Shown here one piece after another: positions 43,993-53,885 of a stretch of 64,000 nt of DNA. The notes under the pieces were generated by a model. That model made no database searches, had not been told where the DNA came from, and worked only from the letters and a program-made list of their open reading frames with translations. Each line of letters opens with the position of its first letter. Position 1 is the stretch's first letter. The position numbers and the translations under genes were made by a program. Origin of the DNA: an uncultured Bacteroidales bacterium (GTDB lineage Bacteria; Bacteroidota; Bacteroidia; Bacteroidales; VadinHA17). The stretch spans positions 34,546 to 98,545 of the forward strand of contig CAVSZL010000008.1 in the NCBI GenBank assembly GCA_963732435.1, in the 5' to 3' direction.

Positions 43993-45396
43993 CTAATAGT
44001 AACTGGTTCCGTCCCAACAATGTGTACATAATTTTTCTTTCGGCAGACCAATCGCGTTTACAAGATCATCGAGGCGCTGATATATTAATGAATCCAGATC
44101 AAGGTTTTTTGCAATTTGCTGAACCATTTCATTGTACTTATCCGAATCAGGATTGGCATACTCAGGAAGATCCTTTTCAGCTCCCCCAAGTTGATCTATT
44201 GCCTTTCTTCCTGCCAGCTCGAAGATTGATCTTGATTCCGAGAAATTAAGAAAATCACAGGCAAATAAAAGGGGGGGACAAGCAATTCTCATATGAACTT
44301 CTGAAGCACCGGATTTCCGTAAATCAACAGTATTATCTTTTAACTGGGTTCCCCTTACTATACTATCATCCAGAAAAACCATCTTTTTTCCGTCAATCAC
44401 AGCTTTATTCGGGATTAATTTCATTTTTGCCACCAGGTCGCGCTGAATTTGATTTTGTGGCATAAAACTTCTGGGCCAGGTTGGTGTGTATTTTGAATAA
44501 GCTCTCTTGTATGGAATTTTCTTTTCATTCCCGTAACCAACTGCATGCCCGACACCAGAATCAGGAATTCCACATACAAAATCTGCTTTAACTGTGTCTC
44601 TTTTTGCAATCGATGCACCACAGCGATAACGACACTCATCAACATTAATTCCTTCGTAATAAGAGGGGGGATAACCATAATATACCCATAAAAATGAACA
44701 TATCTGCATTTTTTCTGATGGTCCTCTTAGCCTTTGAAATCCTTCTGGTTTAATATGGACTATTTCGCCAGGACCAAGAAAATAGTCAAGCTCAAAACCT
44801 GTGTTTGAAAACGAACATGATTCTGATGCAACAGCATATGCATCATCTTTTTTTCCGATTACAACAGGTGTTCTTCCCAGCTTGTCGCGTGCCGCTATAA
44901 TTCCATTGTCAGTAAGTATCAGTAGTGAACATGATCCTTTTATATTTTCAAATACATTCTCAATACCATCAGTAAAATTATCCCTCTCACAAATCAAATT
45001 TGCTACAACTTCTGTTGGATTGATATTTCCTTCAAAGTTCTCAGTGAAATGCTTTTTCTTTCTTAAAAATCGCTCTTCAAGTTCGGGGATATTTACAAGC
45101 CGGCTTACTGTGACTATTGCAAATCTGCCAAGATGAGAATTAAACAATATTGGTTGAGGGTCAGTATCACTTATGACTCCAAGACCCGAATTTCCTGAAA
45201 ACTGTTTCAATTCCTCCTCAAATTTATTCCTGAAATAGGCATTTTCAAGATTATGTATCGATCGCCTGAACCCTTTTCCTGGTACAATAAAAACAAGGCC
45301 TGCCCGTTTTGTTCCCAAATGCGAATGATAATCAGTTCCATAGAAAACATCTTCCACACAATTATTCTTAGAAACTATTCCATAAAATCCACTCAT
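43993..45396 (-). CDS. Amidophosphoribosyltransferase-like protein (PurF-like; Ntn Cys replaced by Ser)
   Basis: PRTase PRPP loop VFLDDSIVRGTQ and a glutamine-amidotransferase-like N-terminal half. However, the N-terminus is MSGFYG rather than MCG. Confidence 0.7.
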   Translation of the reverse strand: MSGFYGIVSKNNCVEDVFYGTDYHSHLGTKRAGLVFIVPGKGFRRSIHNLENAYFRNKFEEELKQFSGNSGLGVISDTDPQPILFNSHLGRFAIVTVSRLVNIPELEERFLRKKKHFTENFEGNINPTEVVANLICERDNFTDGIENVFENIKGSCSLLILTDNGIIAARDKLGRTPVVIGKKDDAYAVASESCSFSNTGFELDYFLGPGEIVHIKPEGFQRLRGPSEKMQICSFLWVYYGYPPSYYEGINVDECRYRCGASIAKRDTVKADFVCGIPDSGVGHAVGYGNEKKIPYKRAYSKYTPTWPRSFMPQNQIQRDLVAKMKLIPNKAVIDGKKMVFLDDSIVRGTQLKDNTVDLRKSGASEVHMRIACPPLLFACDFLNFSESRSIFELAGRKAIDQLGGAEKDLPEYANPDSDKYNEMVQQIAKNLDLDSLIYQRLDDLVNAIGLPKEKLCTHCWDGTSYY

Positions 45397-45486
45397 GTTG
45401 CTGAATATAAATTAGTTAACAATAAACCAGGAATTTGTAAATTTAATCAATGAACCTGATAATATTTAATATAACAGTATATTTAT

Positions 45487-45494
45487 TACTTTTG
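45487..45494 (+). promoter_or_regulatory. Bacteroidota -7 promoter element (TAnnTTTG)
   Basis: TACTTTTG lies 31 nt upstream of the ATG at 45526. Confidence 0.35.
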
Positions 45495-45525
45495 CATAAG
45501 AAACATTTAAACATAAACAGTTAAA

Positions 45526-46431
45526 ATGACAGAAACAACTGCGAATTCAAATATTGGTAAGGCTCCTGATAAAAAGGTGCCAATAGGAATGGTGGCTACA
45601 TCAATCATTCTTGGAGTAGTTCTGATTTTTCTGGTGTTTATGTATTTCGACCAAAAGAGCAAAATGGTTGAAATGGAAACAGTTCTCACACAGGAAAAAG
45701 ATTCACTGGCAAATGAGTTAAAACTCATGGTTGTTGCTTATGACACTTTAAAGACAAATAATGACAGCCTGAATGCCGGCCTTCAGAAGGAAAGAGAAAG
45801 AATTGTGCAGTTATTGTCAATAAATGCATCAAATGTCCAGCTTATAAAAAAGTATAAGAGCGAGATTACGACTATGAGGGAAATTATGAAAAGTTATATT
45901 GTTCAGATCGACTCCCTTAACACCCGAAATAAAGTTCTGGTAGCTGAAAATACAGAGATACGTCAGCAGATGAAAGAAGTAAGAACCACCAATACTGAAC
46001 TTTCCAAAGTCAAAGAAGAGCTGAGTAATAAAGTTGAAATTGCTTCCATTGTTCAGGCAAAAGATATTTATGCCGCTTCTCTGAATAAGAAGAGAAAAGA
46101 GACCAATCGGATCAGTATGCTGGATAAACTAAGGATATGCTTCACTCTTCGTGAGAATCCTCTGGCAAAAAGTGGCCCTAAGGAGGTATATATGAGAGTA
46201 ATAAGACCAGATTCTCTTGTTATAACCAGCAGTCCGGATAATCTTTTCGAATATAAGGGCAACAGGATTATTTATTCAGCAAGCAGAGAGGTGGATTATA
46301 TGAATCAGGATGTGGAAATGTGTATCTATATGGATAATACAGGTGATTTTATCGTTGGTAATTATAGTGTTCAGCTATATCTTGAAGACAATATTATTGG
46401 AAGGACAACCTTTATGCTTTCAAAAAAATAA
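45526..46431 (+). CDS. Hypothetical membrane-anchored coiled-coil protein
   Basis: One N-terminal TM segment (GMVATSIILGVVLIFLVFMYF), a heptad-like region of about 130 aa, and a C-terminal beta-rich domain. No family recognised. Confidence 0.55.
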   Translation: MTETTANSNIGKAPDKKVPIGMVATSIILGVVLIFLVFMYFDQKSKMVEMETVLTQEKDSLANELKLMVVAYDTLKTNNDSLNAGLQKERERIVQLLSINASNVQLIKKYKSEITTMREIMKSYIVQIDSLNTRNKVLVAENTEIRQQMKEVRTTNTELSKVKEELSNKVEIASIVQAKDIYAASLNKKRKETNRISMLDKLRICFTLRENPLAKSGPKEVYMRVIRPDSLVITSSPDNLFEYKGNRIIYSASREVDYMNQDVEMCIYMDNTGDFIVGNYSVQLYLEDNIIGRTTFMLSKK

Positions 46432-46433
46432 TA

Positions 46434-47567
46434 CTAATCCAACGGCATAATAAATTCGGAAATAATATTATCAGAAATCATCTTACCCTGGTTTGTAAGA
46501 ATAAGGTTATTATTGTCCTGTTTCATCAGACCATATTCTTTAAACTTGCCGGCCAGATTAATAATATAATCATAACCCTCTTTCTCAAAGGTTTTTTCAA
46601 CAAAATCAAGATCAATACCCCACATTGTTCTTAGTGAAGTTATAAGATACTCATTAAACCTCGTTTTTGTGTCAAGTTCCTCTTTCTCAAAGAAAGGTTT
46701 CCCCGAATTAACAGATTTAATATAACTCTTTAGATCCCTGACATTCCATTGTCTTGAATAACCATTAAATGAATGTGCTGAAGGACCCAATCCTAAATAA
46801 TTAATTTGTTTCCAGTAATTTGAATTATGGAGGGAGAAATATCCGGGTTTGCCGAAATTTGAAATTTCATAATGTATAAAACCGGCAGATTCAGATTTTT
46901 CAATAAGCAGATTAAACTGGGAAAGACTTGTCTCTTCGTCAACTTCCTTGAAAATTCCCTTCTCCTGCATTTTTCCGAATACAGTTCCTTTCTCAATAGT
47001 AAGGTGATAAGCCGATAAATGCTTTATGTCAAATGAAAAAGAAAAATCGAGGTTTGCAGCCCATTCAGTGTTACTCATACCCGGTATTCCATAAATCAGG
47101 TCAATTGTAACATTCTCAAATCCTGCTTTGAATGTCTCCTCCAGAGCAATTACAGCCTGAGCTGAACTGTGCCGTCTGTTAAGCATTTTCAGATCTGAAT
47201 CCCTCCATGATTGTATTCCTAAACTTATCCTGTTAATGTTCATCTTCGTCAAACCCGCCAGATAATCTGAACTAATATCATCCGGATTTAATTCAATTGT
47301 TATTTCACAATTATTATCAATCCGGAACGATTTATAAATATGATTAAGAATTACTTCAAGTTCTATGATCGTTAGTATTGAAGGGGTTCCTCCTCCAAAG
47401 TATATGGTTGAAATTGTTTCGGTTCCTGTGTAATCCTGCCTTAATGAAGCCTCATTCATAAGGGCATTAATAAAAGAAGTATTATCTGTTGGTGATATCA
47501 CATGATAGAAATCACAGTAGGAACAGAGTTTTTTACAAAAAGGTATGTGAATATATATCCCTGCCAT
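46434..47567 (-). CDS. hemW: Radical SAM heme chaperone HemW (oxygen-independent coproporphyrinogen oxidase-like)
   Basis: IYIHIPFCKKLCSYCDF (CxxxCxxC), with the HemN C-terminal-like domain. Confidence 0.85.
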   Translation of the reverse strand: MAGIYIHIPFCKKLCSYCDFYHVISPTDNTSFINALMNEASLRQDYTGTETISTIYFGGGTPSILTIIELEVILNHIYKSFRIDNNCEITIELNPDDISSDYLAGLTKMNINRISLGIQSWRDSDLKMLNRRHSSAQAVIALEETFKAGFENVTIDLIYGIPGMSNTEWAANLDFSFSFDIKHLSAYHLTIEKGTVFGKMQEKGIFKEVDEETSLSQFNLLIEKSESAGFIHYEISNFGKPGYFSLHNSNYWKQINYLGLGPSAHSFNGYSRQWNVRDLKSYIKSVNSGKPFFEKEELDTKTRFNEYLITSLRTMWGIDLDFVEKTFEKEGYDYIINLAGKFKEYGLMKQDNNNLILTNQGKMISDNIISEFIMPLD

Positions 47568-47618
47568 TAAAATAAAATGAGATCATGAAAATTATAAATA
47601 AAATATCAATTTGCTGAT

Positions 47619-47626
47619 TAAATTTG
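47619..47626 (+). promoter_or_regulatory. Bacteroidota -7 promoter element (TAnnTTTG)
   Basis: TAAATTTG lies 15 nt upstream of the ATG at 47642. Confidence 0.3.
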
Positions 47627-47641
47627 CATCAAACATACAAA

Positions 47642-48019
47642 ATGGTCTGGAAAAACAAATTTTCAATTCTGGTTGCTTTGATTATCTTATATTTAAGCCT
47701 GACAAGTGCATCTACTTTTGACAAATTACACTTATCTGAAATACCGTTTTACGATGGAATTGTTCATTTTGGCATGTATTTCGGTCTTATGTCAGCAATT
47801 ATTTTTGAAAATCAAAAAGCTCTGGCAAAGACAAGAAACCTTTTGATTACATCTCTGGTACCTCTGTTTTATGGTATATTAATGGAGTTTTTGCAGGTAT
47901 CATTAACTTCCTCACGCGAAGGAAGCATTTCAGATTTTATTTTTAATTCTGCAGGTATTATCGTTGCCATGTTAATCTGGTTAATGATAAAACAATCAGC
48001 AAAAGAAACTTTCAAATAA
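47642..48019 (+). CDS. VanZ-family membrane protein
   Basis: Small four-TM protein. D..H...Y..L and the SDF..N..G pattern resemble VanZ-like proteins. The ATG at 47642 is preferred to the upstream TTG. Confidence 0.55.
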   Translation: MVWKNKFSILVALIILYLSLTSASTFDKLHLSEIPFYDGIVHFGMYFGLMSAIIFENQKALAKTRNLLITSLVPLFYGILMEFLQVSLTSSREGSISDFIFNSAGIIVAMLIWLMIKQSAKETFK

Positions 48020-48452
48020 CTATTAATTCAGAATTATCTGCCTTAATAGCAAGATCATAAATTGTCATATTGCTAAATAACTTTTTCAGATCTTCTCTGG
48101 TTTTGTAATATTCTTCATGTATTGTACATTGCTTCCTTTTCGTTTCTGCAATTACACATAGTCCATTATGCATAACACAATTCTTGAAAAAACCTTCTCC
48201 GTCAATTGTATTTACGATATCAAGCAAAGTTATATTTCTGGGATCTTTCAATAATGAAAATCCTCCATGTGGTCCCTTTGAGGAAGCAAGAATTTTTTCC
48301 TTTACTAGTTTCTGAAGAATCTTGCCCATAAATGGTGTAGGCAGATTCAGGTCTTCACTGATTTTTTTTATACCAATCTTCCCGTTTATCAAAGGGTTCT
48401 TTGATAAATAAATAAGAGACCTTATACCATACTTACATGAAGATGAGAGCAT
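48012..48452 (-). CDS. Rrf2-family transcriptional regulator
   Basis: N-terminal wHTH (YGIRSLIYLS...ISEDLNLPTPFMGKILQKL) and typical length of 146 aa. Confidence 0.85.
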   Translation of the reverse strand: MLSSSCKYGIRSLIYLSKNPLINGKIGIKKISEDLNLPTPFMGKILQKLVKEKILASSKGPHGGFSLLKDPRNITLLDIVNTIDGEGFFKNCVMHNGLCVIAETKRKQCTIHEEYYKTREDLKKLFSNMTIYDLAIKADNSELIVI

Positions 48453-48453
48453 T

Positions 48454-48900
48454 TCAATACATTTTTAATGAAATCTTATCTATTCTTGTTTTATGCCTGC
48501 CTCCGTCAAATGATGTATTGAGGAATGTGTTTACAATCAAATATGCCTCTGATTCTGAAATAAATCTTCCTGGTAATGCACAAATATTAGCATCATTATG
48601 TGCCCTTGCCAAACGACTTACCTCTTCATTCCAACATAAGGCACTTCGGATACCCTGATGCTTGTTTACAGCCATGTTAATTCCATTTCCCGATCCGCAA
48701 ATAGAGATTCCAAGTTCATATTCTCCTGCAGAAACTGCATTGGCAAGCGGATGACCAAAATCAGCATAATCTACACTCTCTTCAGAGTAACAACCAAAAT
48801 CCTTAATTTCATGGTTTTCCTTAATGAGATATTTTACCAGTTTTTCCTTAAGATTAAACCCGGCATGATCCGACGCAATAGCTATCTTTCTCTTTTTCAT
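48454..48900 (-). CDS. rpiB: Ribose-5-phosphate isomerase B
   Basis: KIAIASDHAGF.LKE...G..ICGSGNGI.MA.NK..GIR.A; canonical RpiB/LacAB pattern. Confidence 0.9.
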   Translation of the reverse strand: MKKRKIAIASDHAGFNLKEKLVKYLIKENHEIKDFGCYSEESVDYADFGHPLANAVSAGEYELGISICGSGNGINMAVNKHQGIRSALCWNEEVSRLARAHNDANICALPGRFISESEAYLIVNTFLNTSFDGGRHKTRIDKISLKMY

Positions 48901-49252
48901 GTTAATATGTGTTAGTTATTCTTTTTTAACCATTGCGCAAAGTAAAGTAATTGGTTTGGTTATATAAAATATTTAAATACCTATATTGAACATTAAAAAG
49001 TTAACAAAATAAAGTTCTGATTGTTCTTTTTCTGATGTAAAATTTAGATTTTTTCATTTATTATATGTTTATAACATGTAAATAAAATATTGTTAAAATT
49101 TTAGTAACTCTTATGTTTTTAACATTTCAGAAGTCGAATCTTCAATTATCGCTTTTATAACAAAGTTTTTAGAAAATAATATTAAAATATGAACCTTAAA
49201 TAAACCTTAAAAACTTTACTTTTGCTTCCTGTGTATCATTTAAAAGCAGAAC

Positions 49253-49266
49253 TTAACAATTGTTAA
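49253..49266. promoter_or_regulatory. Perfect 14-bp palindrome TTAACAATTGTTAA in the rpiB/nadA divergent intergenic region
   Basis: Read directly from the sequence and self-complementary. The half-site TTGTTAA/TTAACAA recurs at 49001, 49090, 49382 and 49445. Confidence 0.4.
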
Positions 49267-49310
49267 TTATTTTTCTAATCTGTTGATATTCAAAAACGGT
49301 ATGTTTTTTG

Positions 49311-49332
49311 AGATGTTTATAAGATGTTTATT
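49311..49332. repeat. Tandem 11-bp direct repeat AGATGTTTAT(A/T)
   Basis: AGATGTTTAT occurs at 49311-49320 and again at 49322-49331. Confidence 0.7.
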
Positions 49333-49541
49333 CAATGATTATAATAACAAAAACAATAAAATTCGTTTTTTTATATCAACATTGTTAACAGTCTATTAAT
49401 ACCATAATAAAGAAATTTAAATTTAAAATATAAAGAATATTATGTTGTTAATATTATGCCTGAAATGTATTCTAATATTATTATTTACCTGACAAGTAGT
49501 GATTAAATTTATAAATTGATTACTGGCAACATTGAAACTAT

Positions 49542-50495
49542 ATGAATCAACTTAGCAAAGAACAATATATTGACGAAATAAGCAGGATAAAAGCTGAAAA
49601 AAATGCTATAATCCTGGCTCATTATTACCAGACCGGAGATATTCAGGATATTGCAGATTTTGTTGGTGATAGCCTGGCTTTATCGCAAAAAGCAGCTTCA
49701 AATGATGCTGATATTATAGTTTTTGCAGGAGTAAAATTCATGGCTGAGACTGCTAAAATTCTTGCCCCTGAAAAAAAGGTTCTTCTTCCTGATCTAATGG
49801 CTGGTTGCTCGCTTGCAGATTCATGCAAACCCGAGGAGTTTGAAAATTTTATTAAAGAAAACCCCGGAAGAATTGTTGTTTCTTATGTTAATACCACAGC
49901 AGATATTAAAGCTCTTTCTGATATTATATGTACATCTTCAAATGCAGTACAGATTGTTGAATCACTTCCATACGATACTAAAATAATTTTTGCACCTGAC
50001 CGTAATCTTGGAAATTATGTTCTGAATAAAACTGGAAGAGATATAATTGTATGGAATGGTGCTTGTCACGTTCATGAAGAATTTTCTTTGGAAGCCATAC
50101 TAAAGCTTAAAAAAGAAAATGTTGATGCGAAAATAATTGTTCATCCGGAATGTGAGCTGCCAATAAGAATGGTTTCTGATTTTATTGGGTCAACGGCAGC
50201 TTTATTAAATTTTATAATGAAAGATGATGGTAATTGTTATATCGTTGCTACAGAGGCAGGTATAATTCATCAGATGAAAAAGGCGGAACCATTAAAAACG
50301 TATCTTCCTGCACCACCACGAGATTCTACCTGTGGTTGTAGCGAATGCAGCTTTATGAAGCTAATAACAATAGAAAAGATATACAATTGTATTTTGAATG
50401 AGAAACCAGAGATTTTTGTAGATAAAGATACATTGATAAAAGCACAGAAACCCATTAGAAGAATGATAGAAATTTCTGAAAAACTAGGACTCTGA
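49542..50495 (+). CDS. nadA: Quinolinate synthase
   Basis: ILAHYYQ..DIQDIADFVGDSL.L...A......I.F.GV.FMAETAKIL..EK.V..P; canonical NadA pattern. Cys ligands are present. Confidence 0.92.
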   Translation: MNQLSKEQYIDEISRIKAEKNAIILAHYYQTGDIQDIADFVGDSLALSQKAASNDADIIVFAGVKFMAETAKILAPEKKVLLPDLMAGCSLADSCKPEEFENFIKENPGRIVVSYVNTTADIKALSDIICTSSNAVQIVESLPYDTKIIFAPDRNLGNYVLNKTGRDIIVWNGACHVHEEFSLEAILKLKKENVDAKIIVHPECELPIRMVSDFIGSTAALLNFIMKDDGNCYIVATEAGIIHQMKKAEPLKTYLPAPPRDSTCGCSECSFMKLITIEKIYNCILNEKPEIFVDKDTLIKAQKPIRRMIEISEKLGL

Positions 50496-50497
50496 AA

Positions 50498-52051
50498 ATG
50501 AAAAAATTCTTTTTTCTTATAATATTAGTGTTTTTCTGTTTTACCCTCTTTTCCCAGAATAATGGATCTTTAAAGGATGGATATCAAATATTTAAATATC
50601 CGAACGGAACAGTATCAAGTGAAGGTTTAATAAAGAATGGAAAGCCTGAGGGATTCTGGAAAAGCTACTATGTTACAGGAGTTAAAAAATCAGAAGGACG
50701 AAGAACGAATTTTCTTCTCGATAGTATATGGATATTTTATGATCAGGCAGGAGATACTACTGAAAAAATAAATTACCTTTTTGGTAAGAAAAATGGATGG
50801 TATTATAAATTTAAAAAGGAACCTTCCAAAGGAGTTTATTTATGGTCGAAAGAACTTTTTGCAGCTGACAAAAAGGAAGGAATAGCATATGTCTATTTTC
50901 CCGATTCAAAAGTACAACAGACAATTGCATACAACAATGGCAAGAAAGAAGGTTTATCAAAAGAATATGATAAAGAGGGCAACATCATTACATTATTGGA
51001 GTATAGTAATGATTTTCTTGTAACAAGGGAAAGGATTAACAGGACAGATAACAAAGGACTAAAACAGGGAGGATGGAAGGATTTCTATCCAAATGGAGGA
51101 ATTAAAACAGAGAGGTATTTTAAGGACGATATGCTTCATGGTTATTATAAAGAATATGACAACAGGGGAAAACTGGTACTAACCATGCTGTATGAAAATG
51201 GGACTATAGTTAAATCAAAAGTTGAAGATGAGCCGGATATTGAAATTGTAAATAAGTATGATGCTGATGGAAAAATAATCTATAGCGGACCATATCGTAA
51301 TAAAATTCCTGTTGGAATTCACAGGGAATATAACAAGGATGGAAAAGTAAGTAATGCCTTCATTTATAACGATAACGGATTAAAATTGTCTGAAGGTATA
51401 GTTGATGAAGCCGGAAACAGAAATGGCAAATGGGTAGATTTATTTCCAAATACAAAGAAGCAGGCTGAAGGCCAGTATAATGATAACAGACGCTCGGGTA
51501 TGTGGAAATTCTATAACCAGGACGAAAAAGTGGAGCAAACAGGTTCCTTTAATAATGGTCGTCCCGATGGTTTATGGAAGTGGTACTATCCCGACGGATC
51601 TATCCTGCGTGAAGAAGAATATTTTCAGGGGCAAAGGGACGGTTTGTACACCGAATACTCACCTGAAGGAGATATTATAACACAGGGGCAATATTCGGAT
51701 GGTGAAAAAAACGGAGAATGGAAATTTAGTTCAGGTGACTTTACCGAAGAGGGTAAATATATTATTGGTTTAAAGGATGGAACATGGAAATCCTATTTTT
51801 TGGATGGAAAACTTAAATTCAAGGGCAATTATCAGCAAGACAATCCCGATGGAGCTCACAGTTATTATTATGATACAGGGAAAATTAAAGAGGAGCAATA
51901 TTTCAAGATGGGTATAAGAGAAAAGACGTGGAAAAAATTTGATGAGAATGGAATAATGCTGCTTGAAATTACATATAAGAACGATGTTGAAACAAGTATT
52001 AACGGTGTAAAAATTATGCTTCCTGAAAGCGACACAAAGCTTATTAAATAG
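50498..52051 (+). CDS. MORN-variant (YwqK-type) repeat protein, secreted
   Basis: Signal peptide present. More than 15 tandem units of about 23 aa of the type G.W..YY.nGk...eg.y.nGk.dG. Confidence 0.75.
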   Translation: MKKFFFLIILVFFCFTLFSQNNGSLKDGYQIFKYPNGTVSSEGLIKNGKPEGFWKSYYVTGVKKSEGRRTNFLLDSIWIFYDQAGDTTEKINYLFGKKNGWYYKFKKEPSKGVYLWSKELFAADKKEGIAYVYFPDSKVQQTIAYNNGKKEGLSKEYDKEGNIITLLEYSNDFLVTRERINRTDNKGLKQGGWKDFYPNGGIKTERYFKDDMLHGYYKEYDNRGKLVLTMLYENGTIVKSKVEDEPDIEIVNKYDADGKIIYSGPYRNKIPVGIHREYNKDGKVSNAFIYNDNGLKLSEGIVDEAGNRNGKWVDLFPNTKKQAEGQYNDNRRSGMWKFYNQDEKVEQTGSFNNGRPDGLWKWYYPDGSILREEEYFQGQRDGLYTEYSPEGDIITQGQYSDGEKNGEWKFSSGDFTEEGKYIIGLKDGTWKSYFLDGKLKFKGNYQQDNPDGAHSYYYDTGKIKEEQYFKMGIREKTWKKFDENGIMLLEITYKNDVETSINGVKIMLPESDTKLIK

Positions 52052-52063
52052 TTACTTTGCTGT

Positions 52064-53089
52064 ATGGAAGATAATATCAACATCAGAAAAGGATTAAACA
52101 CAGTTGCTGATAAAGAATTTGAGAAACAACTCAGACCTTTATCATTTATTGATTTCAAAGGACAGAAGCAGGTAATTGAGAATTTGTCTGTATTTGTAAC
52201 TGCAGCTAAACAGCGGGGAGAATCTCTTGATCATGTTCTGTTACATGGTCCACCGGGATTGGGCAAGACAACTCTTGCTACTATTATTTCAAATGAATTA
52301 CAGGTTAACCTCAGGGTTACTTCAGGTCCGGTTCTTGATAAACCCGGGGATCTGGCGGGCTTATTAACGAATTTGCAGGAAGGCGATGTGCTTTTTATTG
52401 ATGAAATACACAGGTTAAGCCCTGTTGTTGAAGAATATCTGTATTCGGCTATGGAAGATTTCCAAATCGATATTATGATTGATAAAGGCCCAAGTGCGCG
52501 ATCAGTACAATTGTCACTAAATAATTTTACTCTTATCGGCGCAACTACGCGGTCAGGACTACTTACCAGCCCGTTAAGAGCAAGATTTGGGATCAAATTC
52601 CATCTGGAATATTATGATCAGGATATCCTTACAGGTATTATAAAAAGATCAGCATCAATTATTAATGTAAGCATAGACGATCTGGCAGCTGTTGAAATAG
52701 CCAGACGAAGCAGGGGAACACCACGAATTGCTAATGCATTGCTTAGAAGAGTAAGAGATTTTGCACAGGTTAAAGGATCAGGAGAAATAGATATCGAAAT
52801 AACAAAGTTCGGACTTAAAGCACTTAATATTGACGAGCACGGACTCGATGAAATGGATAATAAAATTCTTAGTGTAATAATTGATAAATTCAGCGGAGGT
52901 CCGGTAGGACTGAACACGATTTCGACTGCAGTGGGCGAGGAAAGCGGAACAATAGAAGAGGTATATGAGCCATTTCTTATTAAGGAAGGATACCTGAAAA
53001 GAACACCAAGAGGTCGCGAGGCAACTGAACATGCATACAAGCATCTTGGAAAAATTCCCGGAAATATAGAAATGGGGGCTTTATTCTAA
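52064..53089 (+). CDS. ruvB: Holliday junction branch migration helicase RuvB
   Basis: Walker [12 protein letters not shown], Walker [10 protein letters not shown], and sensor GATTRSG...RARFG. Confidence 0.95.
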   Translation: MEDNINIRKGLNTVADKEFEKQLRPLSFIDFKGQKQVIENLSVFVTAAKQRGESLDHVLLHGPPGLGKTTLATIISNELQVNLRVTSGPVLDKPGDLAGLLTNLQEGDVLFIDEIHRLSPVVEEYLYSAMEDFQIDIMIDKGPSARSVQLSLNNFTLIGATTRSGLLTSPLRARFGIKFHLEYYDQDILTGIIKRSASIINVSIDDLAAVEIARRSRGTPRIANALLRRVRDFAQVKGSGEIDIEITKFGLKALNIDEHGLDEMDNKILSVIIDKFSGGPVGLNTISTAVGEESGTIEEVYEPFLIKEGYLKRTPRGREATEHAYKHLGKIPGNIEMGALF

Positions 53090-53114
53090 AACATTATTTG
53101 CACTTCGAAGACTA

Positions 53115-53825
53115 TTATTTAAAAACATTACTGATCTTTTCCAGACCTTTTGAATTAAGAATTTTTATCTTCCTTCCATTCAGTTCTACAAGTTTATCAG
53201 CTTTAAAATCAGATAATAACCTGATAACAGATTCAGTTGCTGTACCTACAATATTTGCAAGCTCTTCCCGGGTAAGGGAAATGTTAAGATATTGCTCCGA
53301 ATCAAGTCCAAAATCATTTACAAGGAAGATAAGAACTTCAGCTAGACGTTCCCGGACTGTTTTTTGTGCAATATCAGTTATAAAAGAATTAGCTTCCCCC
53401 AATTCATGGCAGGCAAGCTTAAGTAGTTCCACTGCAAATGATGAGTTTGATTTTATGAAGGTTATCAATATTTCAGAAGGGATGAAACAAACATTACAAT
53501 CTTCAATTACTTTGGCTGATGTGCATGCAAGTTCATTGCTTAAAACACTCCGGTATGCAATAATATCTCCTTTTTTAGCAAAACGAATTATTTGTTCTTT
53601 GCCGTCAAAACCGGTTTTAAATACCTTAATAATTCCTTTATTAATACAAAAAAAGCCACTTATCCTGTTACCCTCCTGGTAAAGAATATCACCTCTCTTA
53701 TATTGCCTGTAATCTTTTTCAAAGTTAAGGATATCTGTTTCTTCAGGATTAAGAAATTTAAATATGGAACCTGAATCAAAGGAGCAATGGTCACAAAGCG
53801 GCACATGAATTTCTTGTTGTTTCAT
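53115..53825 (-). CDS. Crp/Fnr-family transcriptional regulator
   Basis: cNMP-binding-like beta-roll plus a C-terminal HTH (REELANIVGTATESVIRLL). Confidence 0.85.
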   Translation of the reverse strand: MKQQEIHVPLCDHCSFDSGSIFKFLNPEETDILNFEKDYRQYKRGDILYQEGNRISGFFCINKGIIKVFKTGFDGKEQIIRFAKKGDIIAYRSVLSNELACTSAKVIEDCNVCFIPSEILITFIKSNSSFAVELLKLACHELGEANSFITDIAQKTVRERLAEVLIFLVNDFGLDSEQYLNISLTREELANIVGTATESVIRLLSDFKADKLVELNGRKIKILNSKGLEKISNVFK

Positions 53826-53885
53826 ATAGTATTTTCAATAATATTATTTGAAAGCCATATTATTTATCAGAAGAATATTCTTTTG

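Noticed and set aside
48901-49541. AT-rich region as a chromosomal replication origin
   Set aside because: I found no DnaA-box-like TTATCCACA/TGTGGATAA sequences, and there is no dnaA or other origin-linked gene nearby.
50498-52051. YwqK-type repeat protein as a toxin-antitoxin component
   Set aside because: It is a 517-aa secreted MORN-variant repeat protein with no toxin-like neighbour (it lies between nadA and ruvB). The antitoxin label attached to this family does not fit the context.
53098-53682. 194-aa plus-strand ORF
   Set aside because: It lies entirely antisense to the well-supported Crp/Fnr gene (53115..53825). Its sequence is low-complexity and Ser/Leu-rich, typical of a shadow ORF.
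53836-53847. Perfect 12-bp palindrome AATAATATTATT just upstream of the Crp/Fnr gene
   Set aside because: Palindromes made only of A and T and of this length are expected by chance in such AT-rich spacers, and no second copy or flanking specificity was seen.
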